The position numbers and the translations under genes are program-made. From IMG/VR virus record IMGVR_UViG_3300022555_002641, positions 1-64,000 of that record: DNA of 64,000 bases; one strand, written 5' to 3'. The notes under the pieces were generated by a model, which worked only from the letters and a program-made list of their open reading frames with translations, was not told the origin of the DNA and searched no databases. The stretch is from a virus. Position 1 is the stretch's first letter. Each line of letters starts with the position of its first letter. Below, piece after piece: positions 1 to 11,200 of the stretch.

Positions 1-1150
1 AGGTTCCAGAACTGCCTGATGTGCCATCAGTTCCTGAATTACCAGACGACCCTGAACTACCGTCAGTTCCTGAACTGCCTGATGAGCCTGAAGAACCTGA
101 TGTGCCATCAGTTCCTGAACTGCCTGATGAGCCTGAACTACCATCAACACCTGAACTACCTGATGAACCTGAGATTCCTGAACTACCTGAGGTTCCATCT
201 GTTCCTGAACTACCTGATGAGCCTGAAGAACCTGATGTTCCATCTGTTCCTGAACTGCCTGAAGAACCTGAGCTTCCTGAACCATCAGTTCCTGAACTGC
301 CTGATGAGCCTGAACTACCATCAGTTCCTGAGCTACCTGATGAACCTGAAGAACCTGAAACCCCTGAACTACCTGATGTACCATCAGTTCCTGAACTGCC
401 TGAGGAGCCTGAAGAACCCGAAATCCCTGAACTACCTGATGTGCCATCAGTTCCTGAACTACCTGAAGAACCTGAACTACCATCGGTTCCTGAGCTACCT
501 GAGGAACCTGAAGAACCTGAACTACCTGATGTGCCATCAGTTCCTGAACTGCCTGAGGACCCAGAACTGCCTGAAATTCCAGAACTACCTGATGTGCCAT
601 CAGTTCCTGAGCTACCTGATGATCCTGATGAACCTGAAATTCCAGAACTACCTGATGTGCCATCAGTTCCGTCAACACCTGATGTGCCTGAGGAACCTGA
701 ACTACCTGAAATTCCAGAACTACCTGATGTTCCTGAACTACCTGATGTTCCATCAGTTCCTGAACTACCTGATGAACCTGATGAACCTGAAATTCCTGAT
801 GATCCTGAAGTTCCTGAACTACCTGAACTACCTGAACTACCTGAACTACCATCGGTGCCAGAACTACCTGATGAACCTGAACTACCGTCAGCCCCTGAAG
901 CCCCCGAAGAACCTGAAGAACCTGATGAACCTGTAAATACACCATCAACACCTGATGTGCCTGATGAACCTGAACTACCGTCAGCTCCTATTCCAGATGT
1001 ACCTGAACTACCTGATGTTCCATCAGTCCCTGAAATACCTGATGAACCTGAACTACCTGACGTTCCATCAGTTCCTGAAATACCTGATGAACCTGAACTG
1101 CCATCTATTCCAGATGTGCCTGATGATCCTGATGTACCATCAGTTCCACC
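1..1150. repeat. Low-complexity 9-nt-period repeat encoding (G-S/T-S/D)n
   Basis: Units such as cctgatgtgccatcagttcctgaactgcctgatgaacctgaactacc recur throughout. Confidence 0.95.
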
Positions 1151-1402
1151 ACTTCCACCAACAAATTCTTTCCAATCTGAGTCAATAGTAAAATCCCCTG
1201 CTGGGTTATTAATTAATACCCAATATCGATCATCTTCAGTACGAACCATCATACCCAAAGACCTTCTGAAATATGTTATAGAATTTCTTTCAGTTTTACC
1301 AGAGCATACTCTATATCCACCTTTAAAATAAATATCTTCGAGAATAGCATAAGTATCACCAGTCCAACTCGGTTCAAATTTACCTGTAATTCTTACGCCC
1401 AT
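1..1402 (-). CDS. Partial virion fibre-like protein with long Gly-X-Y (GSS/GTS/GTD) stalk; runs off the window start
   Basis: ATG at 1402 overlaps the TAA of the upstream gene. Translation MGVRITGKFEPSWTGDTYAILEDIYFKGGYRV...DWKEFVGGSGGTDGTSG... stays open to position 1. Absent from the ORF track because it has no stop in the window. Confidence 0.8.
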   Translation of the reverse strand, partial: MGVRITGKFEPSWTGDTYAILEDIYFKGGYRVCSGKTERNSITYFRRSLGMMVRTEDDRYWVLINNPAGDFTIDSDWKEFVGGSGGTDGTSGSSGTSGIDGSSGSSGISGTDGTSGSSGSSGISGTDGTSGSSGTSGIGADGSSGSSGTSGVDGVFTGSSGSSGSSGASGADGSSGSSGSSGTDGSSGSSGSSGSSGTSGSSGISGSSGSSGSSGTDGTSGSSGTSGSSGISGSSGSSGTSGVDGTDGTSGSSGISGSSGSSGSSGTDGTSGSSGISGSSGSSGSSGTDGTSGSSGSSGSSGSSGTDGSSGSSGSSGTDGTSGSSGISGSSGSSGSSGTDGTSGSSGVSGSSGSSGSSGTDGSSGSSGSSGTDGSGSSGSSGSSGTDGTSGSSGSSGSSGTDGTSGSSGISGSSGSSGVDGSSGSSGSSGTDGTSGSSGSSGSSGTDGSSGSSGNSGTDGTSGSSGT

Positions 1403-2322
1403 TAAGTTACAATTATATTTATTGCACCGCCTAAGGTGTAGGTTGTTCTATAAACTCTATAATTTGTTATTTGTGAAAACTGATTGATTACACTTACTAA
1501 ATCATATGAAAATCCATTTTCTGAATTAGGATATCCATTATACATATCAACTTGAAATCCTGTTAATGAATCAACAAAATTTGTAGGTCCACCATACACA
1601 TCGGCAAAACATAAATATTTATAATCATATTGACCAAAAGAATACGTCCTTGGATAATCTGAATATAAATTACTACTTGTTAAGCCTGTAATTTCAACAC
1701 CAGTTAAACCTGTAATTGGTGATGCCCCCCAATAAAACATCCAATCCCATCTAATAGAAAATGAATCAGTAAATGTTTGATTTTTTGTATTTTTAGCTGA
1801 AATATTCCATGTTCTAATTCCTATCCCATCACCAGATGTTCGAGTTACAGTCGGAGAGAACGTAACTGGATAAGTACCAGAATTAGCTAAATTTATTAAT
1901 GTCGTAATATTATATCCATAAATTGAAATTGTGTTAGCTGAAACACTCGCTGGATTTGAAATTGCCCACAATGCTGTATCTCCAGTGAAACTATGCCCAA
2001 TTTCAATGGTTCCTGTATGAGTAGCAAATGTGTATAATGTAAATGCTGGATATTGATATGGATACAGTAACAAATCCCACATTTCTTGCATATTTTTTCC
2101 TGGTATTGGAAAAGTTGTGCCAACTTCTACACCACCAATTGTTTCAGGAACAGGATTCGGATTTATGTATAAACTAAATGTTATTCCACTACTTATGATC
2201 ATAATAAGATCATGAATACTTATCTTTTTCGCATTAGAAGAATAAGTATCCTTATCTATAGGAAACCATATATTATTTAAGTCGTGTTCAGTAACTAAAT
2301 CACGAATTCTTATTATTTGCAT
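1402..2322 (-). CDS. Putative virion structural protein
   Basis: 306-aa Thr/Gly/Ser-rich ORF, AATATATAG motif upstream, coupled to the fibre gene. Confidence 0.65.
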   Translation of the reverse strand: MQIIRIRDLVTEHDLNNIWFPIDKDTYSSNAKKISIHDLIMIISSGITFSLYINPNPVPETIGGVEVGTTFPIPGKNMQEMWDLLLYPYQYPAFTLYTFATHTGTIEIGHSFTGDTALWAISNPASVSANTISIYGYNITTLINLANSGTYPVTFSPTVTRTSGDGIGIRTWNISAKNTKNQTFTDSFSIRWDWMFYWGASPITGLTGVEITGLTSSNLYSDYPRTYSFGQYDYKYLCFADVYGGPTNFVDSLTGFQVDMYNGYPNSENGFSYDLVSVINQFSQITNYRVYRTTYTLGGAINIIVT

Positions 2323-2415
2323 CCTCTTTCAACAATGTTTTATCTATATATTATTTTAAAAGAGAGGAAAACTGATTAAACGGAAAATCTGATGTATTTT
2401 TTTATATATACTGAT

Positions 2416-2745
2416 ATGATAACAAAATTTAAAATTTTTGAAGATTTTGAAGACACTAAGGATCAAGATTGGAAACTTTCGTTGGATATTTCATCTATTT
2501 GGCAACAATACACCACAGGTACAATTTCGTTATCAAGTTTCAACACAAAATATATTGAATTTCTAAATCAATATAAAGAATTGATCACCGAAAAAACAAG
2601 TGCTTGGGATAAATTACAAAAAATTATAACCAAGTTAGATGAGAAAAAAGATAAAATAAACGAAAGTCGTAATTTATGGGATGATATTTATGACTGGGGA
2701 GATACTAATCTTGTTGAAATTTTGGCAATAAAAAAAGACTTTTAA
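2416..2745 (+). CDS. Hypothetical protein with capsid-targeting-like N-terminus (MITKFKIFE)
   Basis: Start reassigned to ATG 2416, just after TTTATATATAC. Confidence 0.7.
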   Translation: MITKFKIFEDFEDTKDQDWKLSLDISSIWQQYTTGTISLSSFNTKYIEFLNQYKELITEKTSAWDKLQKIITKLDEKKDKINESRNLWDDIYDWGDTNLVEILAIKKDF

Positions 2746-2747
2746 CT

Positions 2748-3110
2748 ATGAAAAATATACACGATTTTGGTAATTTTAAACTTTACGAATTAAATCAATA
2801 TGGAATTGGAACAATTGTTATAATTTATTATGACATCGATGGAAATACTGAACCTTGTAAAGTTAAAATAAAGCAAATTCATAGAAATAATAAATATAGC
2901 GCAGAATTTATGCCACCTTTAGAAAATCATCCACCTATTTCTATAAGCGGTGACCAAATAGTTGATGTTGCTGAAGAAATTAATGAACCAATGAAACCAG
3001 CGTGGACTGGTGAACAACCGATGAGTACGGATTATAATCCAGCATCAAATCCAAATCAGATGACAAACACTAATAAAATTACAAATGATATAAGTGTGCC
3101 AAACTCTTAA
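2748..3110 (+). CDS. Hypothetical protein, possible Tudor/SH3-like domain
   Basis: 120-aa ORF with GTIVIIYY..EPCKVKIKQI..KYSAEF beta pattern; N-terminus MKNIHDFGNFKLYE. Confidence 0.6.
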   Translation: MKNIHDFGNFKLYELNQYGIGTIVIIYYDIDGNTEPCKVKIKQIHRNNKYSAEFMPPLENHPPISISGDQIVDVAEEINEPMKPAWTGEQPMSTDYNPASNPNQMTNTNKITNDISVPNS

Positions 3111-3214
3111 GAAATTATAAAAATTCTTCTGGTTGTATCTGATAATTTTATATCAAAAAAACTGACAACATAAGGATTTCTTAAAACAATATCAAACATT
3201 TTTAATTTTCATTT

Positions 3215-5173
3215 TTATGTAGCCGTTCCATTTCTACTTCTACCAACATGGGTATCATCTTGTCTTGCCGCAGCATATAATGTATCAGTATTATCTATCC
3301 ATTGTCCTGTGAATGTACCCCCTGCAACAGTTGTCAGATTCAATATAATTTCATCAGAGGTTGTACTAACAACACGATAAACATCAATCGGAATTCCAGA
3401 CCCATCACTTGAATATCCAGTGCATGTTCCAGATACTGTAAACATTATTGCACTATATGAATAATAATATCCATAATATGCAAAATTGGTTGGACCTGAA
3501 TCCAATCTATATTGTCTGGCTGAGATTAAATTCAGTCTATCTGGATCAGGGTCTCCGTTCCATCGTGTGAAATTGGAACGAGCTGCCCCATATAACGTCT
3601 GAAGTGCATTTCTTGCACCTTCACGACCCTGCCCATTATATAACAATTCCCATCCAAAATTTTCACCTTCCCCTGTATTTTGTTGTGCCATTAAAGAATA
3701 TGCACAATCTGTTGCAGCAGCCATGGCTGGAGTACATGCTACATATGTTAAAAATCCACCCTGATAATAATTAGTTTCTGGTATTGGGCAAGCTACCGCA
3801 GTAGCCCCTTGAACACGAGTTACTGTCATTCCACTACTAACTAATTGAAAGCATGTTTTCATATGAGCACCATCACCATTTATATGTTTTCCTGAAATAT
3901 AATTTAAATATAATATTCCAGATAAATTCCACCCAACTTGCGGAGTATTACTACCGAAATTTATTTGATAAAGATTTTTTCCTCGTGTTAAATTTATACC
4001 AGCAGACCCATTTTGCCCACTCGCATCAATTCGATGAAATAAACTGTATTGCCCCGCTTGAACAGAACCAACTATCATTGAATAAGTAGTTAATACTGTT
4101 TGACCTGTTGTGGAACCTGTAACGGCAATTTGTAGCCCAACCCCACCAGAATCAATCAAATATAAGGCTACCGCACTTTCCTTTAATTTTATAGGGGCTG
4201 GTTCTTCTATATACATATTTTTAGACCATGCCCCCATATATGTAACGCCAGTCCCCCCTATCCACCCTGAAGTATCCACCCCTCCTACCATTAGACTATT
4301 ATATATTGCTGTACTACCTGAATGATCATATTCATACGTACAAACAATCAATCCACCAGTAGTGGTAAATCTACTTGTTACAGGGGAAGATATCATCTGA
4401 ATAGATGTTGCTCCTGTTAAAATAAATGATGTCAAATTTTGAAACGCTCTCCCCCATCTCGAAGAATTTAAAGTTGCAGCATTTCTCCAGAACGTAAACT
4501 GAATATTATTTATTAAAGTTGCACCAGAAAAGTTACCAGTTGAATTACATGCATCATTAAATTGTAAATCTAAATATATTTGTCTAATTGTTATACCAGT
4601 TTCTGGTAAGTATGGTGTTAGCCCAAAGTTTCCAAAATTTGTTAAAGCTGGTATCGCAGCAGCACCACCAACAGTTTGATATGATGTAGTTAATATTGAT
4701 CTTGTTGATTCAATTGGTATCCTTATTGTTTTAATACGAGTATTAGAAATTGAATCTTCATATTGATAAGTAATTAAAATTTTAGCACCTATATTGGCAG
4801 TCGCAATAGTTCCTCCAGACCACCCAACATTCCATGCCATAGCGTTACCTGACCAATTTGATGTGAAATATGTCGTCATATCTCTTGCTAATTGCCAAGA
4901 CTCATGTTGAGCAGCATTAGCATTAGGGTTTGGTAAAACTATCCAGTTCATAGCGGCTGAACCAAGTTTGAACCCAATTGTAGGAGTAGTTAAAGATGCG
5001 GTAGTCGTATTATCACCAGCAACAAACAATTCTAATAGAACAGACTTAAAAACTAAAGTTGATTCTGGAATATAAATATTAGTATTACCAGTTAAGTATT
5101 TTATTGTAGCAGCAGCCAATGTAGTTATATCAGTCTGTGTTGAATATTCAATCATTTTTAATCTTGATGCCAT
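3215..5173 (-). CDS. Putative fibre-tip / receptor-binding structural protein
   Basis: 652-aa beta-rich Thr/Gly/Ala ORF directly downstream of the 2290-aa fibre. Confidence 0.6.
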   Translation of the reverse strand: MASRLKMIEYSTQTDITTLAAATIKYLTGNTNIYIPESTLVFKSVLLELFVAGDNTTTASLTTPTIGFKLGSAAMNWIVLPNPNANAAQHESWQLARDMTTYFTSNWSGNAMAWNVGWSGGTIATANIGAKILITYQYEDSISNTRIKTIRIPIESTRSILTTSYQTVGGAAAIPALTNFGNFGLTPYLPETGITIRQIYLDLQFNDACNSTGNFSGATLINNIQFTFWRNAATLNSSRWGRAFQNLTSFILTGATSIQMISSPVTSRFTTTGGLIVCTYEYDHSGSTAIYNSLMVGGVDTSGWIGGTGVTYMGAWSKNMYIEEPAPIKLKESAVALYLIDSGGVGLQIAVTGSTTGQTVLTTYSMIVGSVQAGQYSLFHRIDASGQNGSAGINLTRGKNLYQINFGSNTPQVGWNLSGILYLNYISGKHINGDGAHMKTCFQLVSSGMTVTRVQGATAVACPIPETNYYQGGFLTYVACTPAMAAATDCAYSLMAQQNTGEGENFGWELLYNGQGREGARNALQTLYGAARSNFTRWNGDPDPDRLNLISARQYRLDSGPTNFAYYGYYYSYSAIMFTVSGTCTGYSSDGSGIPIDVYRVVSTTSDEIILNLTTVAGGTFTGQWIDNTDTLYAAARQDDTHVGRSRNGTAT

Positions 5174-5215
5174 AAATTAAATTCTTTATTTTATATATTT
5201 ATAAAATGTAGTTCC

Positions 5216-8200
5216 TTATCTTTTTCTATACTTTATACTAATATGCAATTGAGTAACAGTACCACTCTGAGCTGTTGTTGTCATCATAACAAATCTACCA
5301 CCAGTAATTGCAGCACTTGAGAATGATGTAAAATTCTGCCCAGTTGTTGTACTGGTTATTGCTTGAGCTGATGAAAATATTGCAGTCCCAACAGCAGATA
5401 CATCAGCAGTATGGGTTGGATTAATTGTAACTGATGGTGTTGCTGAACCCATAATAACTGCCTCTATCGATATTATAGTTATACCAGTAAAAGCATAAAA
5501 CATTACAATATTTTCTGATGCACCAGGTGATTCTATTGTTATAGCTTTACTTTCTACAATAGCATCATCAATAGCTCTTAATGTGTAAGACAATGTACTT
5601 CCAGTATTTGCATAATTGACACCAGAGTATGTTACGATAGTATTGTCTAAAGGCCCAGCAATATTACCATCTGTTCCTGATGTACCAGCCGAACCTGATG
5701 ATCCAGAAGTTCCATCAGACCCTGAACTGCCTGATGAACCTGAACTACCGTCAGTACCTGAAATTCCTGAACTGCCTGATGTACCATCCGTTCCTGAATT
5801 ACCTGATGAACCTGAACTACCAGAAATTCCAGAACTACCTGATGTACCATCAGTACCTGAGCTACCTGATGAACCTGAGCTACCATCCGTACCTGAACTG
5901 CCTGATGAACCTGAACTTCCATCCGTACCTGAACTACCTGATGATCCTGAAGAACCTGATGTACCAGAAGTTCCTGAACTACCCGATGTGCCATCAGTTC
6001 CTGATGACCCTGAACTACCTGATGATCCTGAGGAACCAGAACTACCTGATGTACCAGATGAACCTGATGTTCCAGAGGTTCCTGAGCTTCCTGATGTTCC
6101 AGAAGTTCCTGAACTACCTGAACTTCCATCCGTACCAGATGATCCAGAAGAACCTGAACTGCCATCAGTGCCTGAACTACCTGATGAACCTGAACTACCA
6201 TCAATCCCTGATGACCCCGAAGAACCTGAGGTACCTGAACTGCCTGATGTGCCATCAGTTCCAGAACTGCCTGAAGAACCTGAAGAACCTGAGGTACCTG
6301 AACTGCCTGATGTGCCATCAGTGCCTGAACTGCCTGATGATCCTGAGCTACCTGATGTACCAGAAGTGCCTGAACTGCCTGATGTGCCTGAACTACCTGA
6401 TGTGCCATCAGTTCCTGAACTGCCTGATGACCCGTCAACTCCAATACCGCCACCGCCACCGCCACCGCCACCGCCAAAGCCGCCAAGACGATATCCTCTC
6501 CAATCTATCCAATTCAAGCCATTATTAGTTATTACAATTCTACCTCTAACAGAATTTGTAAACCCACTTGAAGTTTGATATATTAATGTGCCGATTGGAG
6601 TATATTCTTGTACTATTAATCCTTCTAATTTTAAATTAGCCATTTCAGTTTGAGCACCATTTGTAGCTAATTCAAGTGTTGCATATTCATTTTGCCCCAT
6701 TATAATATGAACATACTCCAACATATCATTTGTAGCAACTACATGATATAAAATAAATGTATTATCTGCTGGTTCTTTTAATAACCATGTAGTACCAGAA
6801 TTCTTATTATAAACAATTAGTCCTGTACCACCAGTTAAAACTGGTAATTTGTTATTTCCAATTTCCCAATGAATTGTATTTCCTGTTAAATAAAATATTT
6901 TTGTTGTAAACCCAGTTAAATGATCATCTATAATATGAATTATATCTTCATCCATTATAGTACCACTATGAACCATATAGGCAGCATGCTTATCTAAACT
7001 CCCATCACCTATTGTTATATTATTAATGGCGAGACCTGAAATATAATCTGTGCCAAATGCATAATGAAGAAGATAATGAGTGGCTGAATCCATAATCATT
7101 CCATGCCTTTCATCTCCTAAGTAAATTAATCGTTGAAAAACAGATTCCCAATAGGTTGCAGCTACAAAAACTTTATCAAAAATATAAGACTTATCAAATG
7201 TATCACCAGATAATAATTTTCCATAATTATCAAAATAAATATAAGACTTTTGAGTAATATCTGGTATAGTTATAGTTGCTCCAGTTAAATCATATCTTAC
7301 ACCTTTCGAATAAATTTCAAATGTTGCTCCAGTAGGAAGAATTGTAAGAACTCTTGACGTACTATTAAAAGTTATTACAGAATCCTGATTAGTCCATCTA
7401 AATCCAGTTGGTTCGCCTGTTTCACCACCAATTAATCCCATAATAATTCCAGAATTTCCAACCGTAGCTCCAGTAGTTGAAAAAATAGTACCACCAGTAA
7501 TTGCTAAAAATCCATCTGCATATGTGGTAGTATTAAGTTTTATAGTACCACCAGTCTTAATATCAAACAACAACTGATTATTATTCCACACGTCAAATTT
7601 TGATCCATCAGATGGAATTGTTGAACCTATTGTAACCTGATCTGTTTCAATCATTCTACCTTTGGAATCAATATAAAATTGAGGGCTTCTATCTAAATGA
7701 GCCGAATATACAGAAAAACGATATTGACCATGTGGTACAACTGTTATTATTTTTGGAGCTTTAATAACTGTGGTTGATGAAATTATTCTAATCCAATATA
7801 AATCATAATTTTCTTCAGTTGAAGCACCACTTAATTGATGATTAGCCCAATCTAATATTAAATTTTGTTCCCACCTAATTCTCCCATTTTGAGTTAAATT
7901 ATTTGTTTCATCATAATAATCACTATTTAATACTGTCAAATTTGTCCAGCCAGAATTGGAATCCCAATATTGTGTAATAATTGTAGCACCACTTGTTGGC
8001 TCAGATAAATTAAAATAAATATCATTAAACTTACTATCAAACCCAACATATATTGCAATAGTACTTCCTGTTAAAAACGAAATATTTGTATTATCAAATG
8101 TTGTAGAAGCATAATACGTAAAATCGATATAATTAGTTGTGTTATAATTTAAAGACCCTAATACTTCTGTAAACATAGGTGGAGAAACAGATACTGTTGA

Positions 8201-11200
8201 TTGTGGTAGCTGAGGATATGCATCAAATATCCAACCATCATTTAGACTGTGCCCAGTTATATTTTCAAATTTCGCTGTTATACCATTATCAAATTCAACT
8301 GGAATAGTAGAACATACTATTTCAATAGACCATGATGAATATGTTGCTCCATAATCAAGTGATTTTCTCCAATGAAAAGTATCTGATACACCTACAAATG
8401 AAATAAATATTTGATATGTTGTTTGATATGTTCTTGTATATAACCCGCCAATATTTAAATCATCTAATCCATTAAATGCTGGATTTAAGTATCCAGTATG
8501 ATATTGAAGAATATTTGACTGCTTGTTAAATCCAAATCTACCACCTTCCGAAACAACATATAAATCTCTTTTTGACTCATAATTATATGAATATTTAAAT
8601 TCTCCATGCTCATTTCGATATAAATAATCACTCCACTTTCTTATACCATCATCAGCCCAAACTATACCCCTATCACCATTACTAATACCATCTATCAATA
8701 AATTATTTTGCATGTCATCATTACTGTCAGGAACAGAGTCTAACCCATAAATGTGAATCAAATCCTGTGGGTCTTCATGATTAATGGCTACGTAGCCTTT
8801 TACACTACCAGAACTTTGAGATAATCTTTTATAATCACCCATTAAAACACGACCAATAGCGTCAACATAAAATGATGGAACTGGGTCTAAATTACCAGCA
8901 CGAACTCCAAATCTACGTTGACCATGTGGCGCAATTAAATAAACTGTCGGGGCTTTTATTATAGGAGTAGTTGAAGTTATTCTAATCCAATTCAAAGATG
9001 ATTTTCCTGTAATTGCTACCACAGATGCCCAATCTTTCATAGATGAGGTGTCCCATGATATTAATCCAGATTTTGTAAGGTTATATGTCTGATCTACATA
9101 ATTTTGAAAATACCCTAAAGTTGTCCAACCTGTTAATGTCGAATAATCTATCTTTAGTGTTACACCTGATGCAGAAGTTTCAATAGCAACGTATGCACTA
9201 TTAAATGCTCTATAAGAACCTATATAAGCCTCAGACGTTATACCTGTTAATAAAACATACGATTCTGGAAAAATTGAAGCAGAATTATATGTTTTATCTT
9301 GAAAATTTGGTATTGGTTCTGTATTATCGAATAATACTTGGACTTCGGTAAATAAATCAGGTGCCACCGAAAGTGATGCACCTGGTAATTGTGGAAATGC
9401 CCAAAATCTCCAAACATCATATAAATTATGACCTGATACATTTTTGAAATAAATTTGAATTCCATTTTCAATATCCGCAAAAAAATTAAAGCAATCCATA
9501 TCTATTGAATATGCACTCCAAGTAACACCATAATCAAATGATACTCTCCACTTATATTTATTCGGTACAGTAACTACATTTGTTATTGTGACTTCATAAT
9601 ATCGGATAATATTTTTATTGTAAACCCCTCCAACAACTAAATCATTTTGGGACCCTTGAGTTGGGTATAAATAATTTGCATGTGAATTCATTTTATTGGA
9701 ATTCCAATTTATACCAAATCTACCACCCTCAGATTCAACTAATATATCGGAATGAGTTGCAAATGAATATAAATATTTATATCCTCCATTTTCATTACGA
9801 TATAAGTATTCTTCAAATTTATTTACACCATTATCAGCATACATGATACCTTTATCACCGTCTGAAACACCATCAATCTTTAAATGATTATTCATTGTAT
9901 CATAGGAGTCTGCTATATTATCTAATCCAAATATATGAGCCATATCATCTGGCTCTACAGTATTAATGCCTAAATATCCTTTTTTAGAATATTGAGTATT
10001 CGATATGATATGATTATAATCACCAATTATTAATCTACCACTACCATCTACATAAAATGCTGGAGATGCATCCATATAAGCTGAATACACAGCTAATCGA
10101 TAGAGACCATTTAAAGATATTGAATCTATAACTGGAGCAATTGTTGGCTGCGTTGTGGTTGTAATTCTAATCCAATATAAATCATACCCACTACCCTCAC
10201 CAGGAAATTGATACGATATCCAATTTAATGTATGCCTATCCCATTCAACTTTACCATCTTTAGTTAAATTATTGGTAAAATCAACCAAAGCCCCAACGGT
10301 ATATCCAGTAGAGATTTCTGTCCACCCTGACGAAGAATAATATTCAAGTTTTAGAGTTATCCCACTGGCATTAATTCCAGTATTAAAATATGCAGAGTTA
10401 TATGGTAAATGCCATCCAATATAAATAGCAGATGTAATAGAGCTCAGGCATGTTTCAAATCCAGAAAATGTTGTAGATAAACTATTTGTAATATCATTTG
10501 TTTCTGGAATTACATCATTAAAATTATTTGTTATTAAAATTTCAGTATACCCTACAGGTGCTATTGTAAATGTACCTTGCGGTAATTGTGGAAATGCTGT
10601 AAATTGCCATCTATCAAATACTGTATGCCCAGTTAAATTTTCAAATGATATTGTAATTTCAAATTCTATTGAAGTATCACCAGTAGTCACTGGAATATTT
10701 ATAGACCAAGAATTCCATGTTAATCCAAAATCAGAAGACTTTCTCCAATGAAATTGATCTGGTGATAATTGAGATATAGATACTTCATAAAGTGTCTGGT
10801 ATAATCTATCATACCATCCACCAACATTCATATCATTTAATGCGCCATCAACTCCACCAAAATATTGAGAATGATAATTCATAACATTAAACTGCTTATT
10901 TATTCCAACACGACCAGACCTTGAATAAACAGTTGATATATTATTGGCTTCAGGGTTATAAACATATAAATAATCACTTTTTTCATCACGATATGTTTGT
11001 AACGCCCATTTTTGAATATTTTCTTCATTAAAAACTAAACTTTTATCTGATGATGATGATCCATCAATAGATATTGCAGAATCTGGACTGATATCCGTTT
11101 GACTAACATAATTACTTACATTCGATCCATAAATATGAATTCTTGTTGATGGGTCACCATCGTTGCCTATTTTTAAATATTTCTTATTATTAAATGTGAA

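Noticed and set aside
1-1150. Repeat arrays as CRISPR or DGR repeats
   Set aside because: No constant repeat with unique spacers, 3-nt coding periodicity, and no cas or reverse transcriptase gene in the window
19-1331. Plus-strand PELPD-rich and LNYLM-rich ORFs (also 5616-6578, 11644-11874, 61829-63338) and the minus-strand VVQVHQ frames
   Set aside because: Shadow frames of the Gly-X-Y repeats, which lack stops in several frames; the real genes are the minus-strand GSS frames with flanking globular domains
6446-6485. GC-rich (CCGCCA)n run as a regulatory or G-quadruplex element
   Set aside because: Explained as the poly-Gly hinge codons of the fibre gene
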